From contig JACRAM010000006.1 in the NCBI GenBank assembly GCA_016213405.1, positions 29,731 through 93,730 of the forward strand: DNA of 64,000 nt, written 5' to 3'. This DNA comes from Bacteroidota bacterium. GTDB taxonomy: Bacteria > Bacteroidota > Bacteroidia > Palsa-948. Below are positions 7,968-18,701 of this stretch, in pieces (position 1 is the stretch's first letter; every line of letters starts with the position of its first letter). Below the pieces are notes generated by a model, which saw only the letters and a list, made by a program, of their open reading frames with translations, was not told the origin of the DNA and did not search any database. The position numbers and the translations under genes were made by a program.

Positions 7968-10585
7968 TACTTTAGAGAGGCAAGTTGTTCTTCAATGGCT
8001 TTGATTTTTGTTTCTGCATCTGCTTGTTTTTTCCTTTCCATTTCAATTACTTCTGGCTTAGCTCTTGAAACAAAACGCTCGTTTGATAATTTTTTCTGAA
8101 CGGATTGGAGGAAACCTTTGTTGTATTCCAATTCTTTCGATAGTTTTTCTTTTTCTTCATTTATATTTATTGAGGTTGAGATAGGAATATAAAATTCTGT
8201 AGCTAAAGAGAGAAAAGAAATCGAGTTGTTTGGTTTTTTAGAATTATGTTTGAATGAACTTAGGTTACACATTTTAATAACAATCGAATCAAATCGTAGT
8301 ACTAATTCAGAAGGTAGAGAAGAATCAGCATGTAATTCTATCTTTTCTTTCGGTGAAATGTTTTGAGATTTACGAACGTTCCTGATTGTTGTAATATGTG
8401 TTTTTATTCCCTCAAAATCTTGAACAAGTTGCTTGTTGAAATCTATAACTTGCGGCCATTCAGAAACAATAATGCATTCTTTTTCTTTTCTGTCTTTTAT
8501 AAGATGCCAGATTTCTTCTGTGATGAACGGCATAAAGGGATGAAGAACTTTCAAAAGCTTCTCAAAGAAATTTATTGTAGCGTCATAAGTTGTTTTGTCA
8601 ATAGGATTTGATTTTCCGTCTACAAATTCCGGCTTTATCATTTCCAGATACCAGGCGCAGAAATCATCCCATAGAAGTTTGTATGTCGCCATCAACGCTT
8701 CAGATAACCTGAACTTTGAATATAAATCGTTTATGTTTTCCAGTTCAGCATTGAACTTTGCATTAAACCATTCTACTGCAATTTTGTTTCCTTCGCTTTG
8801 CGCTGAAGAATTTACTTCCCACATTTTTATCAAACGAAACGCATTCCAAATCTTGTTAGAAAAATTTCTTCCTTGCTCGCAATATGATTCGTCAAACAGC
8901 AAATCATTTCCTGCCGGAGCGCAGAGAAGCATTCCAACCCGCACGCCATCGGCTCCGAATTTTTCCATGAGTTCAATCGGGTCGGGAGAGTTGCCGAGTT
9001 GTTTGCTCATCTTTCTTCCAATCTTGTCGCGCACAATTCCTGTCAGGTAAACATTCTGGAATGGTTTTTCTTTTTTGTATTCGTAACCGGCAATAATCAT
9101 TCTGGCAATCCAGAAAAATAAAATATCAGGCGCTGTTACTAAATCATTTGTGGGATAATAATATTGAATGTCTTTGTTATTCGGGTCTTTGAATCCGTCA
9201 AAAACAGAAATAGGCCAGAGCCAGGAAGAGAACCATGTATCTAATACATCTTCATCTTGTCTTACTTTTTCTGTTTTGAGTTTCGCTATTGCTTCTTCTT
9301 TTGTTTTTGCTACAGCAAAATTTCCTTTGTCATCATACCAAGCCGGAATCCGTTGTCCCCACCAAAGCTGACGCGAAATGCACCAGTCGTGCATGTTCTC
9401 CATCCAGTGCTTGTAAGTGTTGATGAATTTATCAGGAATTAATTTTATTTCTCCGTTCAGAATATTTTCCAGTGCAGGTTTTGAAATCTTATCCATCTTC
9501 AAAAACCATTGCATGGAAAGTTTCGGCTCAATCACCGCGTCTGTCCGTTCGCTGTAGCCGACTTTATTTTTTATATCATCTGTTTTTACAAGCTGCCCTT
9601 TTTCTTCCAGTTCTTTCACGATTTTTTTTCGGACAATAAATCTGTCTTCGCCAATAAATAATTGCGATGACTTACTCATCGTTCCATCAGGATTCAGAAT
9701 GTCTATGGATTCGAGTTTGTGCTTAATTCCAAGATTATAGTCGTTGATATCGTGCGCGGGAGTGACTTTGAGCGCACCTGTTCCGAATTCTTTATCCACA
9801 TACTCATCAAAAATAATCGGAACACTTCTGTTGACGAGCGGAACAATTGCTTTCTTTCCTTTTAATTTTTTGTAACGCTCGTCTTCCGGATGAACGCAAA
9901 TAGCAGTATCACCAAGAATTGTTTCGGGGCGAGTGGTTGCAATCGTAATCCATTCATCAGAAGTTCCTTCAATCTGATATTTTACATAAAACAATCTTGA
10001 ATTTACTTCTTTGTAATTCACTTCTTCATCTGAAAGCGCGGTCAATCCTTTCGGATCCCAGTTCACCATGCGCACTCCGCGGTAGATATATCCTTTCTTA
10101 TGTAAATCAATGAACACATCAATCACCGCTTCGCTCAGAGAATCTTCCATCGTGAAGCGAGTTCTGTCCCAATCGCAGGAGCAACCAAGTTTTTTTAATT
10201 GATCGAGAATGATTCCTCCGTATTTTTCTTTCCATTCCCATGCATAATTGAGAAATTCTTCGCGGGTTATGTCCGACTTCTTTATTTTCTTTTCAGCCAG
10301 CATAGCAACCACTTTTGCTTCTGTTGCAATACTCGCATGATCAGTTCCCGGAACCCAGCATGCATTTTTGCCAAGCAACCTGGCTCTGCGAATCAATACA
10401 TCCTGAATCGTATTATTGAGCATGTGCCCCATGTGCAAAACGCCCGTAACATTTGGCGGAGGAATTACAATGGTGTACGGCTCGCGTTCATCCGGTTTGG
10501 AATGAAAATTTTTTTTCTCCAGCCAATAAGAATACCATTTGGATTCAACTTCTTTTGGAGAATATGTTTTGGGAATGTCAGACAC
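7967..10585 (-). CDS. valS: Valine--tRNA ligase
   Basis: 872 aa. The N-terminal [22 protein letters not shown] (HIGH region), the KMSKQ-like motif ([12 protein letters not shown]) and the C-terminal coiled coil are canonical ValRS. Confidence 0.95.
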   Translation of the reverse strand: MSDIPKTYSPKEVESKWYSYWLEKKNFHSKPDEREPYTIVIPPPNVTGVLHMGHMLNNTIQDVLIRRARLLGKNACWVPGTDHASIATEAKVVAMLAEKKIKKSDITREEFLNYAWEWKEKYGGIILDQLKKLGCSCDWDRTRFTMEDSLSEAVIDVFIDLHKKGYIYRGVRMVNWDPKGLTALSDEEVNYKEVNSRLFYVKYQIEGTSDEWITIATTRPETILGDTAICVHPEDERYKKLKGKKAIVPLVNRSVPIIFDEYVDKEFGTGALKVTPAHDINDYNLGIKHKLESIDILNPDGTMSKSSQLFIGEDRFIVRKKIVKELEEKGQLVKTDDIKNKVGYSERTDAVIEPKLSMQWFLKMDKISKPALENILNGEIKLIPDKFINTYKHWMENMHDWCISRQLWWGQRIPAWYDDKGNFAVAKTKEEAIAKLKTEKVRQDEDVLDTWFSSWLWPISVFDGFKDPNNKDIQYYYPTNDLVTAPDILFFWIARMIIAGYEYKKEKPFQNVYLTGIVRDKIGRKMSKQLGNSPDPIELMEKFGADGVRVGMLLCAPAGNDLLFDESYCEQGRNFSNKIWNAFRLIKMWEVNSSAQSEGNKIAVEWFNAKFNAELENINDLYSKFRLSEALMATYKLLWDDFCAWYLEMIKPEFVDGKSNPIDKTTYDATINFFEKLLKVLHPFMPFITEEIWHLIKDRKEKECIIVSEWPQVIDFNKQLVQDFEGIKTHITTIRNVRKSQNISPKEKIELHADSSLPSELVLRFDSIVIKMCNLSSFKHNSKKPNNSISFLSLATEFYIPISTSININEEKEKLSKELEYNKGFLQSVQKKLSNERFVSRAKPEVIEMERKKQADAETKIKAIEEQLASLK

Positions 10586-10626
10586 TAATCAGAGGAATAA
10601 ATGAAAGATAAAAATAGGGAAAAGAT

Positions 10627-11499
10627 TCAGATGGCTGTTAAAGACATATCGAGACTCTTTACGCTATGAGTAAGTGCACCAACGGAAATATAGTCAGCGC
10701 CACAGGAGGCGTACCTACGAATATTTTTTTCATTTATTCCTCCTGAAATTTCGGTTTCAAACTTTCCATTGATGAGATGAAGAACCTTTTTGATTTCAGA
10801 AATTGAAAAATTATCAAGAAGAATCCTGTCAACACTTCCGATGGATATTATTTCTTTTACTTCTTTCTGGTTTCTCGCTTCAATTTCAATCTGAAGTTTT
10901 AATTTTTTCTTTTTGAGATAAGCATTTGCAGATTCAACTGCTTGTTTAATTCCTCCCGCGAAATCAATATGGTTGTTCTTAATGAGAATCATATCATACA
11001 ATCCGAAGCGGTGGTTATATCCTCCGCCAATTCTTACCGCCCATTTTTCCAGATCGCGGAGAAGAGGTGTTGTTTTTCGTGTATCAAGAAGTTTTACTTT
11101 ATATGGTTTGCAAAGAGTAATAAGTTTATTTGTCTGCGTTGCAATTCCGCTCATGCGTTGCATGCAATTGAGAACAAGTCGTTCTGCAGTGAGAATGGAA
11201 CGTGCGCTGCCTTCTACAATAAAAGCAATATCTCCCTTTTTGACTTTTGTTCCATCTGGCAGAAAAAATTTTATCCGCAGATTTTTATCGAAAGAAAGAA
11301 AGATTTTTTCAGCAAGAGAAACTCCTGCAATGATTCCATCGTCTTTAATAATGAGTTTTGATTTTCCTTTAGCATTCTCCGGAATGCAAGAAAGAGTAGT
11401 ATGGTCACCATTACCGATATCTTCTTTCAGTGATGAGAAAACAAATTGATGTAAGTCAAAATTATTTGAGAGAAGAGAGAAGGATTGAAAATTATTCAT
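10627..11499 (-). CDS. nadC: Nicotinate-nucleotide pyrophosphorylase (carboxylating), quinolinate phosphoribosyltransferase
   Basis: 290 aa with EDIGNGDHTT near the N-terminus and a TIM-barrel QPRTase C-terminal half. Confidence 0.85.
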   Translation of the reverse strand: MNNFQSFSLLSNNFDLHQFVFSSLKEDIGNGDHTTLSCIPENAKGKSKLIIKDDGIIAGVSLAEKIFLSFDKNLRIKFFLPDGTKVKKGDIAFIVEGSARSILTAERLVLNCMQRMSGIATQTNKLITLCKPYKVKLLDTRKTTPLLRDLEKWAVRIGGGYNHRFGLYDMILIKNNHIDFAGGIKQAVESANAYLKKKKLKLQIEIEARNQKEVKEIISIGSVDRILLDNFSISEIKKVLHLINGKFETEISGGINEKNIRRYASCGADYISVGALTHSVKSLDMSLTAI

Positions 11500-11890
11500 C
11501 CTGAACTTCGAATCGGAATTGCTGAATAGTTAAACCTGCGCCTTCTTTTTTGAAAAGAAAATAGGAACGGAATTTTTTTCCTGCTGTTGTTTCATAAGTT
11601 CCGATGGCAAACTGGTCACCACTTTTGGAAGTGCCTTTATGCATTACCGCAAATGATTTGATGGGGTTCTTTGAAAAAAAGTCCTTAAGAATCAGTTCTG
11701 CCTGCGCTTTACTGTAAATATCTTCCTTATCAAGAATTTTGAGGTCAACATTGGCAGAGAAAAATTTAGCCACACTTGCAGCGTTTCCTGTTTTAACGGC
11801 AGCAGCAACATCATCGGAGATATCCAAAACCGGTTCAGTTGGTGGCTGAATCAGTGTGAAAAACATCAGTATGGAGAGAAGTGTGTGCAT
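11492..11890 (-). CDS. Hypothetical secreted protein (Bacteroidota-restricted small DUF)
   Basis: 132 aa, N-terminal hydrophobic signal-like segment, no recognised catalytic motif. Confidence 0.4.
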   Translation of the reverse strand: MHTLLSILMFFTLIQPPTEPVLDISDDVAAAVKTGNAASVAKFFSANVDLKILDKEDIYSKAQAELILKDFFSKNPIKSFAVMHKGTSKSGDQFAIGTYETTAGKKFRSYFLFKKEGAGLTIQQFRFEVQDE

Positions 11891-11987
11891 ATATTCGTTT
11901 TCAGATTAAATACAATTATCAAGCCAAAGTGAATGTTATTTTTGCCATGGAACAAATTTATACTTTTTTAGCCCCCGAAAACCAACC

Positions 11988-12446
11988 ATGAATATCGCTC
12001 TTATTTGTATGGGAAAAACATCTGAAAAGCACATTGCTGAAGGAATGAAACAGTATATAGAAAGGATTAACCATTATTGTAAATTCAGTTTGGTGGAGAT
12101 TGAAGCAGGAAGGGGCGATGAAACTCAAATCAGGAAAAAGGAATCAGAAGGTATGCTGAAAAGAGCAGGCGAGAAGGATGTATTGATTCTGCTTGATGAA
12201 AAAGGAAAAGAACTTTCTTCTGTTGAATTTGCGAAAACATTAATTCACCATCAGAATATTTCAACTAAGAATCTTGTCTTTGTGATTGGAGGAGCTTACG
12301 GATTTTCGGAAGAAGTTTATAGTCGGGCGAACATGAAAATCTCATTATCGAAAATGACTTTTCCGCATCAGTTAGTGAGAGTAATTTTCCTTGAACAATT
12401 ATACCGTGCGTTTACGATTCTGAAAGGAGAAAAATACCATCATTGA
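11988..12446 (+). CDS. rlmH: 23S rRNA (pseudouridine1915-N3)-methyltransferase RlmH (SPOUT family)
   Basis: 152 aa with the ...LILLDEKGKELSS...VFVIGGAYGFSEEV... pattern typical of YbeA/RlmH. Confidence 0.85.
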   Translation: MNIALICMGKTSEKHIAEGMKQYIERINHYCKFSLVEIEAGRGDETQIRKKESEGMLKRAGEKDVLILLDEKGKELSSVEFAKTLIHHQNISTKNLVFVIGGAYGFSEEVYSRANMKISLSKMTFPHQLVRVIFLEQLYRAFTILKGEKYHH

Positions 12447-13468
12447 TTAGCACGTGATAAATTCAACTGCCATTTCCATGCGCTCTCCATCATCTGTTCA
12501 ATATTGTATTTGGGCGCCCAGCCAAGAATCCGTTGTGCTTTAGAAGAATCAGAAAAAATGGATTCCACATCACCTTCTCTGCGTGGACCGATAATGTAAT
12601 TTAATTTTTTACCACTGACTTTTTCAAATGCGTTAATCGCTTCCATTACTGAAATGCCTTTCCCTGTCCCGAGATTAATAATTTCAAAATTGTTTTTTAC
12701 TTTTTCTTTCATTAAATATTTCAAGGCAAGTATATGCGCATTTGCAATGTCAGAAACGTGAACATAGTCGCGAATGCAGGAACCATCACGTGTGTTATAA
12801 TTATCACCATGGACAATAAAATGTTCAGCCATACCAATTGCTGTTTCAGTTATTGCAGGAACCAGGTTATCGCATTTTCTTCTGGGATGTTCACCAATCA
12901 ACCCCGAAGTATGCGCACCAACAGGATTAAAGTAACGTAAGGCAATTGAATGAATGTCAGGATTACTTTTTGAAAACTCAGCTATGATTTCTTCTCCCAT
13001 TTGCTTGGTGTGTCCATAGGGGGATTGAGCTTTCTGGAGCGGAGTGTCTTCGTTGACGGGAAGTGTATTTATATTTCCGTAAACGGAACATGAAGAAGAA
13101 AAAATAAAATTTTCAACTCCAAATTCTTTCAAACATGAAAGAACATTTTTTAAGGATTCATTATTATTATGATAATACAATTCAGGATTGGCAACTGACT
13201 CGGGAACTGATTTGAGGGCGGCAAAGTGAATCACTCCTTGTATGTCAGGATTTTCAGAAAAAATCTTTTTCGTGAAGCTTTTATTGCATAGATCAATTTC
13301 ATAATTACTGATTGAATTTCCTGTAATAGTTTTTATTCTATCGAATATGGTCGGAAACGAATTGAAAAAATTATCCGCAGAAAGGATATCCCATGAAGTA
13401 GTTTCAAGCATTTCTATAATAGTGTGTGAGCCAATATAACCTGCTCCGCCTGTGATAAGAATTTTCAT
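12440..13468 (-). CDS. galE: UDP-glucose 4-epimerase
   Basis: MKILITGGAGYIGSHT (GxxGxxG), a YxxxK catalytic region, 342 aa; first gene of the polysaccharide locus. Confidence 0.8.
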   Translation of the reverse strand: MKILITGGAGYIGSHTIIEMLETTSWDILSADNFFNSFPTIFDRIKTITGNSISNYEIDLCNKSFTKKIFSENPDIQGVIHFAALKSVPESVANPELYYHNNNESLKNVLSCLKEFGVENFIFSSSCSVYGNINTLPVNEDTPLQKAQSPYGHTKQMGEEIIAEFSKSNPDIHSIALRYFNPVGAHTSGLIGEHPRRKCDNLVPAITETAIGMAEHFIVHGDNYNTRDGSCIRDYVHVSDIANAHILALKYLMKEKVKNNFEIINLGTGKGISVMEAINAFEKVSGKKLNYIIGPRREGDVESIFSDSSKAQRILGWAPKYNIEQMMESAWKWQLNLSRANQ

Positions 13469-14919
13469 TATTCAAGTATTAAGTTTGCATTCATATTGTT
13501 TTTTATCGAAACAGAATCCAGCGGAATATCCTTCAGAACAGGAAGCGAATCATTAAATAATCCGTTAAAGATAAATCGAAATGAATTGACAGGCGTAATG
13601 TCTGAATAAAGTTTGTCTTTCCATTTATATGGAACATGATAGGCATTTAATATCATGCTTCTGGTGTCGTAGATGTTTCTAAAAGAAGCCGATTGTATCC
13701 ACGGTCCATGGTCTGACTGAACGATAATGATCGGTTTTATTTTGCTGTGCCTGAATACTTCTGATATAAAATTTATTACTTCTTTGTTGATGTATTTCAA
13801 TTGGACTAAATAATCTTCTTTTGGCTCCCACCATGCATTGATAACACGCGGACTTGATTTGAAATTTCCGTTTTCATCACATACGTAAGGCGGGTGCGGA
13901 GAAACAATATGAATGAAAACATATTTAGGTCCCTTCACATAAAAAATATTATACATAACCGATAATTGTTCTTTCAATGTTTTGTAGCGGGCGTATCCCA
14001 ATAAATCATCGAGACGAAAAATCGAATACCGAAGCAATGTTCTTTCAAACTCGCTCAAATTTTCGAGAACAATGGTTGTATCCGCATCATAATTTTCGCG
14101 TGTTACAGCAAATCCCGACCTGACATGAACAATTCTATACCCTTTACTTTTTAAATATTCCGACACCTTGTTGTTATATATGATATTTTTTTTCTCATTG
14201 CTTTCTAAGTAAGAATAATTCAGCGAACTTGAAAGAGAGGGATAGGTGGATATATAATTTGTTCGGCTGTTTTTCGCGATAAAAAAATTATTTCCTGAAA
14301 GATAATCAGTAAGATTATTTTTTTTGTAATGATAAATTTCAGAAAGGACGGAATCATTTGCATAGCCGTCAAGAAGGATGTAGTAAATATCAGGAAGCGA
14401 ATCAGTAGTAAGTGAATTTATTTTTGTGGATGGCTCAGTATCAAAGCTTTTTTCCCCTGCTTTAGAAGTAGAAATGGAAAGCTGAATAATATTAATCAAA
14501 AATAATAGCAGGACGAAAATGTTGAAAGCATAAGTCAGTGAATGGAATGTCCTTTTTGTTCTGAATAAAAAATAACACAATAAAATGACAAATAGAAATA
14601 TGAGAATAAGTATGTAGCGATGTATTTCAGAGAACGGCCACCAGCCTTTATAATATAATTTTTCGGCTAATTCATAAATGAAGCCATAAAAAAACAGTAC
14701 CAGCATAAGAGCAGTTGTAACAACTCCCGCTTTGTGCTTTTGTTTGTTAAAAATATAAGAAACATAGAAGATCAATATGGAAAAGATAAAGGCAATTTCA
14801 TAACTTCTGATAGTGCTTTTGAAAGAAGTAGTTGGATAATTATGAACAAATAGAAAAAATATCAGCGCAGGGACTATCAGAAATGAATGAGAAGGAATAT
14901 TTTTAATAATACTCTTCAC
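13468..14919 (-). CDS. Membrane-anchored sulfatase/phosphoglycerol-transferase-like enzyme (alkaline-phosphatase superfamily)
   Basis: About 5 N-terminal TM helices, then a soluble domain with YYILLDGYAND ... SPHPPY ... QSDHGPW motifs (metal-binding residues of the sulfatase / LTA-synthase fold). Confidence 0.6.
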   Translation of the reverse strand: MKSIIKNIPSHSFLIVPALIFFLFVHNYPTTSFKSTIRSYEIAFIFSILIFYVSYIFNKQKHKAGVVTTALMLVLFFYGFIYELAEKLYYKGWWPFSEIHRYILILIFLFVILLCYFLFRTKRTFHSLTYAFNIFVLLLFLINIIQLSISTSKAGEKSFDTEPSTKINSLTTDSLPDIYYILLDGYANDSVLSEIYHYKKNNLTDYLSGNNFFIAKNSRTNYISTYPSLSSSLNYSYLESNEKKNIIYNNKVSEYLKSKGYRIVHVRSGFAVTRENYDADTTIVLENLSEFERTLLRYSIFRLDDLLGYARYKTLKEQLSVMYNIFYVKGPKYVFIHIVSPHPPYVCDENGNFKSSPRVINAWWEPKEDYLVQLKYINKEVINFISEVFRHSKIKPIIIVQSDHGPWIQSASFRNIYDTRSMILNAYHVPYKWKDKLYSDITPVNSFRFIFNGLFNDSLPVLKDIPLDSVSIKNNMNANLILE

Positions 14920-16316
14920 TTCTTTGTCATTGAATAAAGAATTCTGCCTGAATTTTTCAGAGCAAAAGTCTCATTAATAGAAAAATAATTTCCAAATGCA
15001 GCTATAAAATTCCCGTTGGTGTAATCATTAAAAATATTTTCCCTTCCTGAAATCATTTGCTGAACCATTGCATCGTCTTTTGGAATAAATTCTATTATTA
15101 ATTCTTCTGTAAGCTCTGAAAAATATCTTGCTATTATGGAAAACGGAATATTATTTCCTATGCGAATGTGATGAGTCAATGCCAAGGCAAGAACTGTATC
15201 CGCTTTTCCCCGCTGTGCAATGTTTCTGCGTTCAGCATTTGCCCAGCCGATGGAAGGGGAGGGGTTTGATAAATCAATAACAAGTGGAAGAATATTATTT
15301 GTGGCTGAGTTTTTTAATGCAGTATAAAAGTTTTCTATGCAATAGTGGTCAGCATCCATTGATAAAATATAATTGCAGTGTTTGGAGGCAATCAACGAAA
15401 ATTTGCCTATGTTGCATCCTAAATCCCATAAGGTTTCAGGTTTTAATTTTTCAAGCCAGCTCGTAACGATTTGTTCTTTTAAATGCAGCACTTCTTCCGA
15501 ATAAGTATTTTCTACTTCGTATTTTATCCAGTTACTATTTACTTTTTTTATTTTAAGAGTACGGATACTGTCTTCCATGTGTTGAATCATTAGAAGTAGT
15601 TTGGATTTAGGGAGAACAGTTTTTTTATTTTTAATTGTATTTATTCTGGAATATTTTTTTTGAATTTTTGAGTGGAAGATGATGTGAGCAGCAATTCCGC
15701 TGTTCAGATAGGATGTTGAAGGCAAGAGGGACGAAGCAAGTTCAAGAGGAATACCGTCAATATAGTTAAGAAGTAGTTTTGAGAGTTCTGCGGATTTATA
15801 GCTCATCAAAGCAAGTGGCGCCAGAAAATGCTGGCAGAATTGCCTGTATGCATTCCACGGTTTTCCTTCATCATATTTTTCAAAAGAGAGCGTGTCAATG
15901 AAAATCGGTTTTCCTCCTACGAATTGTACGTTATAGGCAGAAGCATCTTTTAATGTCATCCCATGTTTCAGCGCTTCTTTCTGAACTTTAAGAGTGAGTA
16001 ATGCAGCGTCTTGCAGCTGGCTAAAGCACCATTCGTAGGGATAAGAGATAAATGGAATTTGTTCCGGCTTAATTACTTTATATGCTGTATATTCCTTTGT
16101 CAAGAAATTTTCTATTTCAGAATGTTTAACAACAAACTTCTTTGATGAAAGAGATTGATACAATCCTGAATTAATAAGAAGAGAAAAATTTTCAAAATAG
16201 GAAGGAGCTATTGCCCTGTAAATCTCGTTTTCAAATGTAAATGTAAAGCCGGATGGGTCCCGGAAAGAACCCGGTTCAATCTCAACAGAAGATATATCTT
16301 GGCTGAGCACAGACAT
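14916..16316 (-). CDS. Two-domain protein: N-terminal protein-kinase-like fold + C-terminal class I SAM-dependent methyltransferase (WbdD-like candidate polysaccharide chain terminator)
   Basis: N-terminal half has LKDASAYNVQF...GKPIFIDTLSFE resembling the kinase catalytic loop (D..xxN) and DFG-like ID motif. The C-terminal half has DLGCNIGKFS (methyltransferase motif I). It sits in an ABC-transporter-dependent locus. Confidence 0.5.
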   Translation of the reverse strand: MSVLSQDISSVEIEPGSFRDPSGFTFTFENEIYRAIAPSYFENFSLLINSGLYQSLSSKKFVVKHSEIENFLTKEYTAYKVIKPEQIPFISYPYEWCFSQLQDAALLTLKVQKEALKHGMTLKDASAYNVQFVGGKPIFIDTLSFEKYDEGKPWNAYRQFCQHFLAPLALMSYKSAELSKLLLNYIDGIPLELASSLLPSTSYLNSGIAAHIIFHSKIQKKYSRINTIKNKKTVLPKSKLLLMIQHMEDSIRTLKIKKVNSNWIKYEVENTYSEEVLHLKEQIVTSWLEKLKPETLWDLGCNIGKFSLIASKHCNYILSMDADHYCIENFYTALKNSATNNILPLVIDLSNPSPSIGWANAERRNIAQRGKADTVLALALTHHIRIGNNIPFSIIARYFSELTEELIIEFIPKDDAMVQQMISGRENIFNDYTNGNFIAAFGNYFSINETFALKNSGRILYSMTKK

Positions 16317-16317
16317 T

Positions 16318-16489
16318 ATTCAGAAATCTTTTTCTGATTTTCTTTTTTCCGATCCTTTTTCCAGAAAGAAAAGAGTTTTCTAAAACTGTTTTTGAAAAAT
16401 ATCATAAACGCGGCAAAGCCGGCAATAATTACCTGCGCAGCTAAACTGCCGATGCCCGGATCAATGTATAGAAGATAAAAGGGATGCAT
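16318..16489 (-). CDS. Possible 57-aa small membrane protein
   Basis: Minus-strand ORF MHPFYLLYIDPGIGSLAAQVIIAGFAAFMIFFKNSFRKLFSFWKKDRKKENQKKISE. One TM helix plus a basic tail; it ends 2 nt before the next gene start. Below the 60-aa track cutoff. Confidence 0.25.
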
Positions 16490-16556
16490 CAGTTAAATTA
16501 GCGTGAAGTTAAAGTTTTTTAGCAAAGAGTAATTCTGAAATTGAATTGGATTTACC

Positions 16557-17639
16557 TTAACTCAATAATCTGTTAAATATATTCAGATATTTTTCTTTAT
16601 TTGATTCGACAGAGTATTTTTCTATAACAGTTTTTCTTGCCTCTGTTCCAATTTTTTTTCTTAGTTCAGCATTTTCAATTAACATTGAAATTTTTTCTAC
16701 CCATTCATCCTCTTTATCGGCAAGAAATCCATTTACACCGTCAGAAATTATTTCTGAGTTCACACCAATGGGCGACATCACGCAGGGAATTTCCAGTGCC
16801 ATGTATTGAAGTCCCTTGAAACCACATTTTCCTTTCGTCCATTCATTTTCAGGTAAGGGCATGATTCCTATATCTATTTCAGAAAGCTGTTCAATTTCAT
16901 CCTTTAAGCTCCATTTTATTCCCTGAATAGATAAGTCTGTATTGAAATAATTTTCATCGCCAATAACTTTGAAATAAATTTTGTCACGGTATTTATCTTT
17001 CAGCTTTTTCAGCATCGGAATTGCATATTCAAAATGCTGAATGGTGGTATGGCTTCCCGTCCAGCCGATGCAGATTCGATTATCTTTTTTTATAGTTTTC
17101 TTTTTATGATAATCCGTATCAATAGTAGTAGGAATTATATGTACACATGCATTATGTCTTTTTGCATAATCAGCGAGGTAATTATTACCGGCAATCACTA
17201 AATTAGAGATAGAAATTATTTTTTCAGTTTTTTCGGGATTTTTCAGCCAGCCCAGATTTTTATTCGCTTCCGAAATATCAAAATGCCAAATGGCATCATC
17301 AAAATCAAAAACCAATTTTGCTTTGCTTTTTCTGAATTGTTTTTCAAAGTAAACCGAGCGTGTCATTAATGCTTCTCTGAAAATAAAAATAATATCGTAA
17401 TCATTTTTTTGAAGTAAATTTTTAAAACGAATAAAATAGCTTCGAATAAAGATGACAAGCTTAGAAAAATAATGTCCTGGTTTATAAAATACCTTGTCAC
17501 TTTTTTCGTCAAGTAAAAAACTTAACTCGCAGGTGAAACCGTGTTGGTTTAAATAATCAAAATATTGTTCGAACCTGAATCGTTGACCCGGAGCGCGGTC
17601 TTTGCGGTGCGATGCGATGAAAAGGATTTTTTTTCTCAT
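16557..17639 (-). CDS. Glycosyltransferase family 1 (GT4-type)
   Basis: 360 aa. The C-terminal half has the GT-B EX7E-like region (...EIPCVMSPIGVNSEIISDGVNGFL...). Confidence 0.65.
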   Translation of the reverse strand: MRKKILFIASHRKDRAPGQRFRFEQYFDYLNQHGFTCELSFLLDEKSDKVFYKPGHYFSKLVIFIRSYFIRFKNLLQKNDYDIIFIFREALMTRSVYFEKQFRKSKAKLVFDFDDAIWHFDISEANKNLGWLKNPEKTEKIISISNLVIAGNNYLADYAKRHNACVHIIPTTIDTDYHKKKTIKKDNRICIGWTGSHTTIQHFEYAIPMLKKLKDKYRDKIYFKVIGDENYFNTDLSIQGIKWSLKDEIEQLSEIDIGIMPLPENEWTKGKCGFKGLQYMALEIPCVMSPIGVNSEIISDGVNGFLADKEDEWVEKISMLIENAELRKKIGTEARKTVIEKYSVESNKEKYLNIFNRLLS

Positions 17640-17641
17640 TC

Positions 17642-18655
17642 TTAATTAATACGTTTGCCAATTACATGCCAGTATGGTTCATTAGGCGAGAATGTAAGCT
17701 CTCCTAGTCCGACATTTTCCATCATGACTTTAATTTCTTCTTTGCTAAATCGCTGCTCCAACGGAGTTCCAAATCTATCTAAAGCATCGTTGCGAATTAC
17801 GGTAAAACTCTTTCCTAAGTAATAGGACAAGGGGATTTTTTTGTAATAATTTTTATTTGGAAAAAAAACTTTCATGCATTTTGCAACAATAATAAATGGA
17901 ATGTAAATAAGAACGGCTATTACTTCGCACAAAAAATGTTTTAGAGAAGAAGGCATTTTCGAAATAATAGTTCTTAATAAGTTGGCAGTAGTAAAAATAA
18001 GACGGAATAGAAAATTCCTGTTCTCTAAATTGTAATACAGGTAAAGCAAAAAAAGCCCATTCTTTTTTAATTTCTTAACTGCTTTTGCAAGCGCCATTTC
18101 TGTATGAGGAAGGTGATGCAATACGCCTAAGCAAATGATAAAATCAAAACTTTGGTCAGCAAAAGGAATGTTATCAACTCCTGCTTGAGTAACTCTTACA
18201 TTTTTTTTATCCTGCGTTAATTTCACAGCACTGTAAACCGCTTCGCTTGGGTCAAGTGCTTCAATAAATCCAACCTTATCTGCAAGAAAACGTGACCATC
18301 TTCCGGAACCGCAGCCAAGATCGAGCGCGACCATCTCTTTTGTTAAGTCGGATAGTTTTACAACATCAAAATATTCATTGCCGATATGTTGTATTTCCTC
18401 ATCAGTAAATAAATTAAACTTTTGCCATTCTTCACCAAAAGAATTTATGGTCTCTGTATGTGTGTGTGCATCTTTTTCCTTTACAAAAGATGCGATTTCT
18501 TTACCCTGAAAAGAAATAATTTTTACGGGAGTTTCAATATACGGAAGCATAATCAATCTTTCAGCAATTTTTTTTCGTAAAGATAGCGGATAAATATAAT
18601 TGCCATATAAAAACACCAAACCCCGGGTACTATACTTCACCGGGGTTCGGAACAA
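17642..18655 (-). CDS. Class I SAM-dependent methyltransferase (Methyltransf_11-like) with C-terminal hydrophobic segment
   Basis: LDLGCGSGRWS motif I and DFIICLGVLHH motif; 337 aa. Confidence 0.7.
   Translation of the reverse strand: MFRTPVKYSTRGLVFLYGNYIYPLSLRKKIAERLIMLPYIETPVKIISFQGKEIASFVKEKDAHTHTETINSFGEEWQKFNLFTDEEIQHIGNEYFDVVKLSDLTKEMVALDLGCGSGRWSRFLADKVGFIEALDPSEAVYSAVKLTQDKKNVRVTQAGVDNIPFADQSFDFIICLGVLHHLPHTEMALAKAVKKLKKNGLFLLYLYYNLENRNFLFRLIFTTANLLRTIISKMPSSLKHFLCEVIAVLIYIPFIIVAKCMKVFFPNKNYYKKIPLSYYLGKSFTVIRNDALDRFGTPLEQRFSKEEIKVMMENVGLGELTFSPNEPYWHVIGKRIN
18608..18646 (-). terminator. Rho-independent terminator for the 207-aa GC-rich gene
   Basis: Minus-sense AACCCCGGUGAAGUAUAGUACCCGGGGUU stem-loop followed by GGUGUUUUU. 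Confidence 0.6.
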
Positions 18656-18701
18656 TCACAGTTTACGGACGATGATGTTTTGATTTGAGCCAAGAAGGTT
18701 T

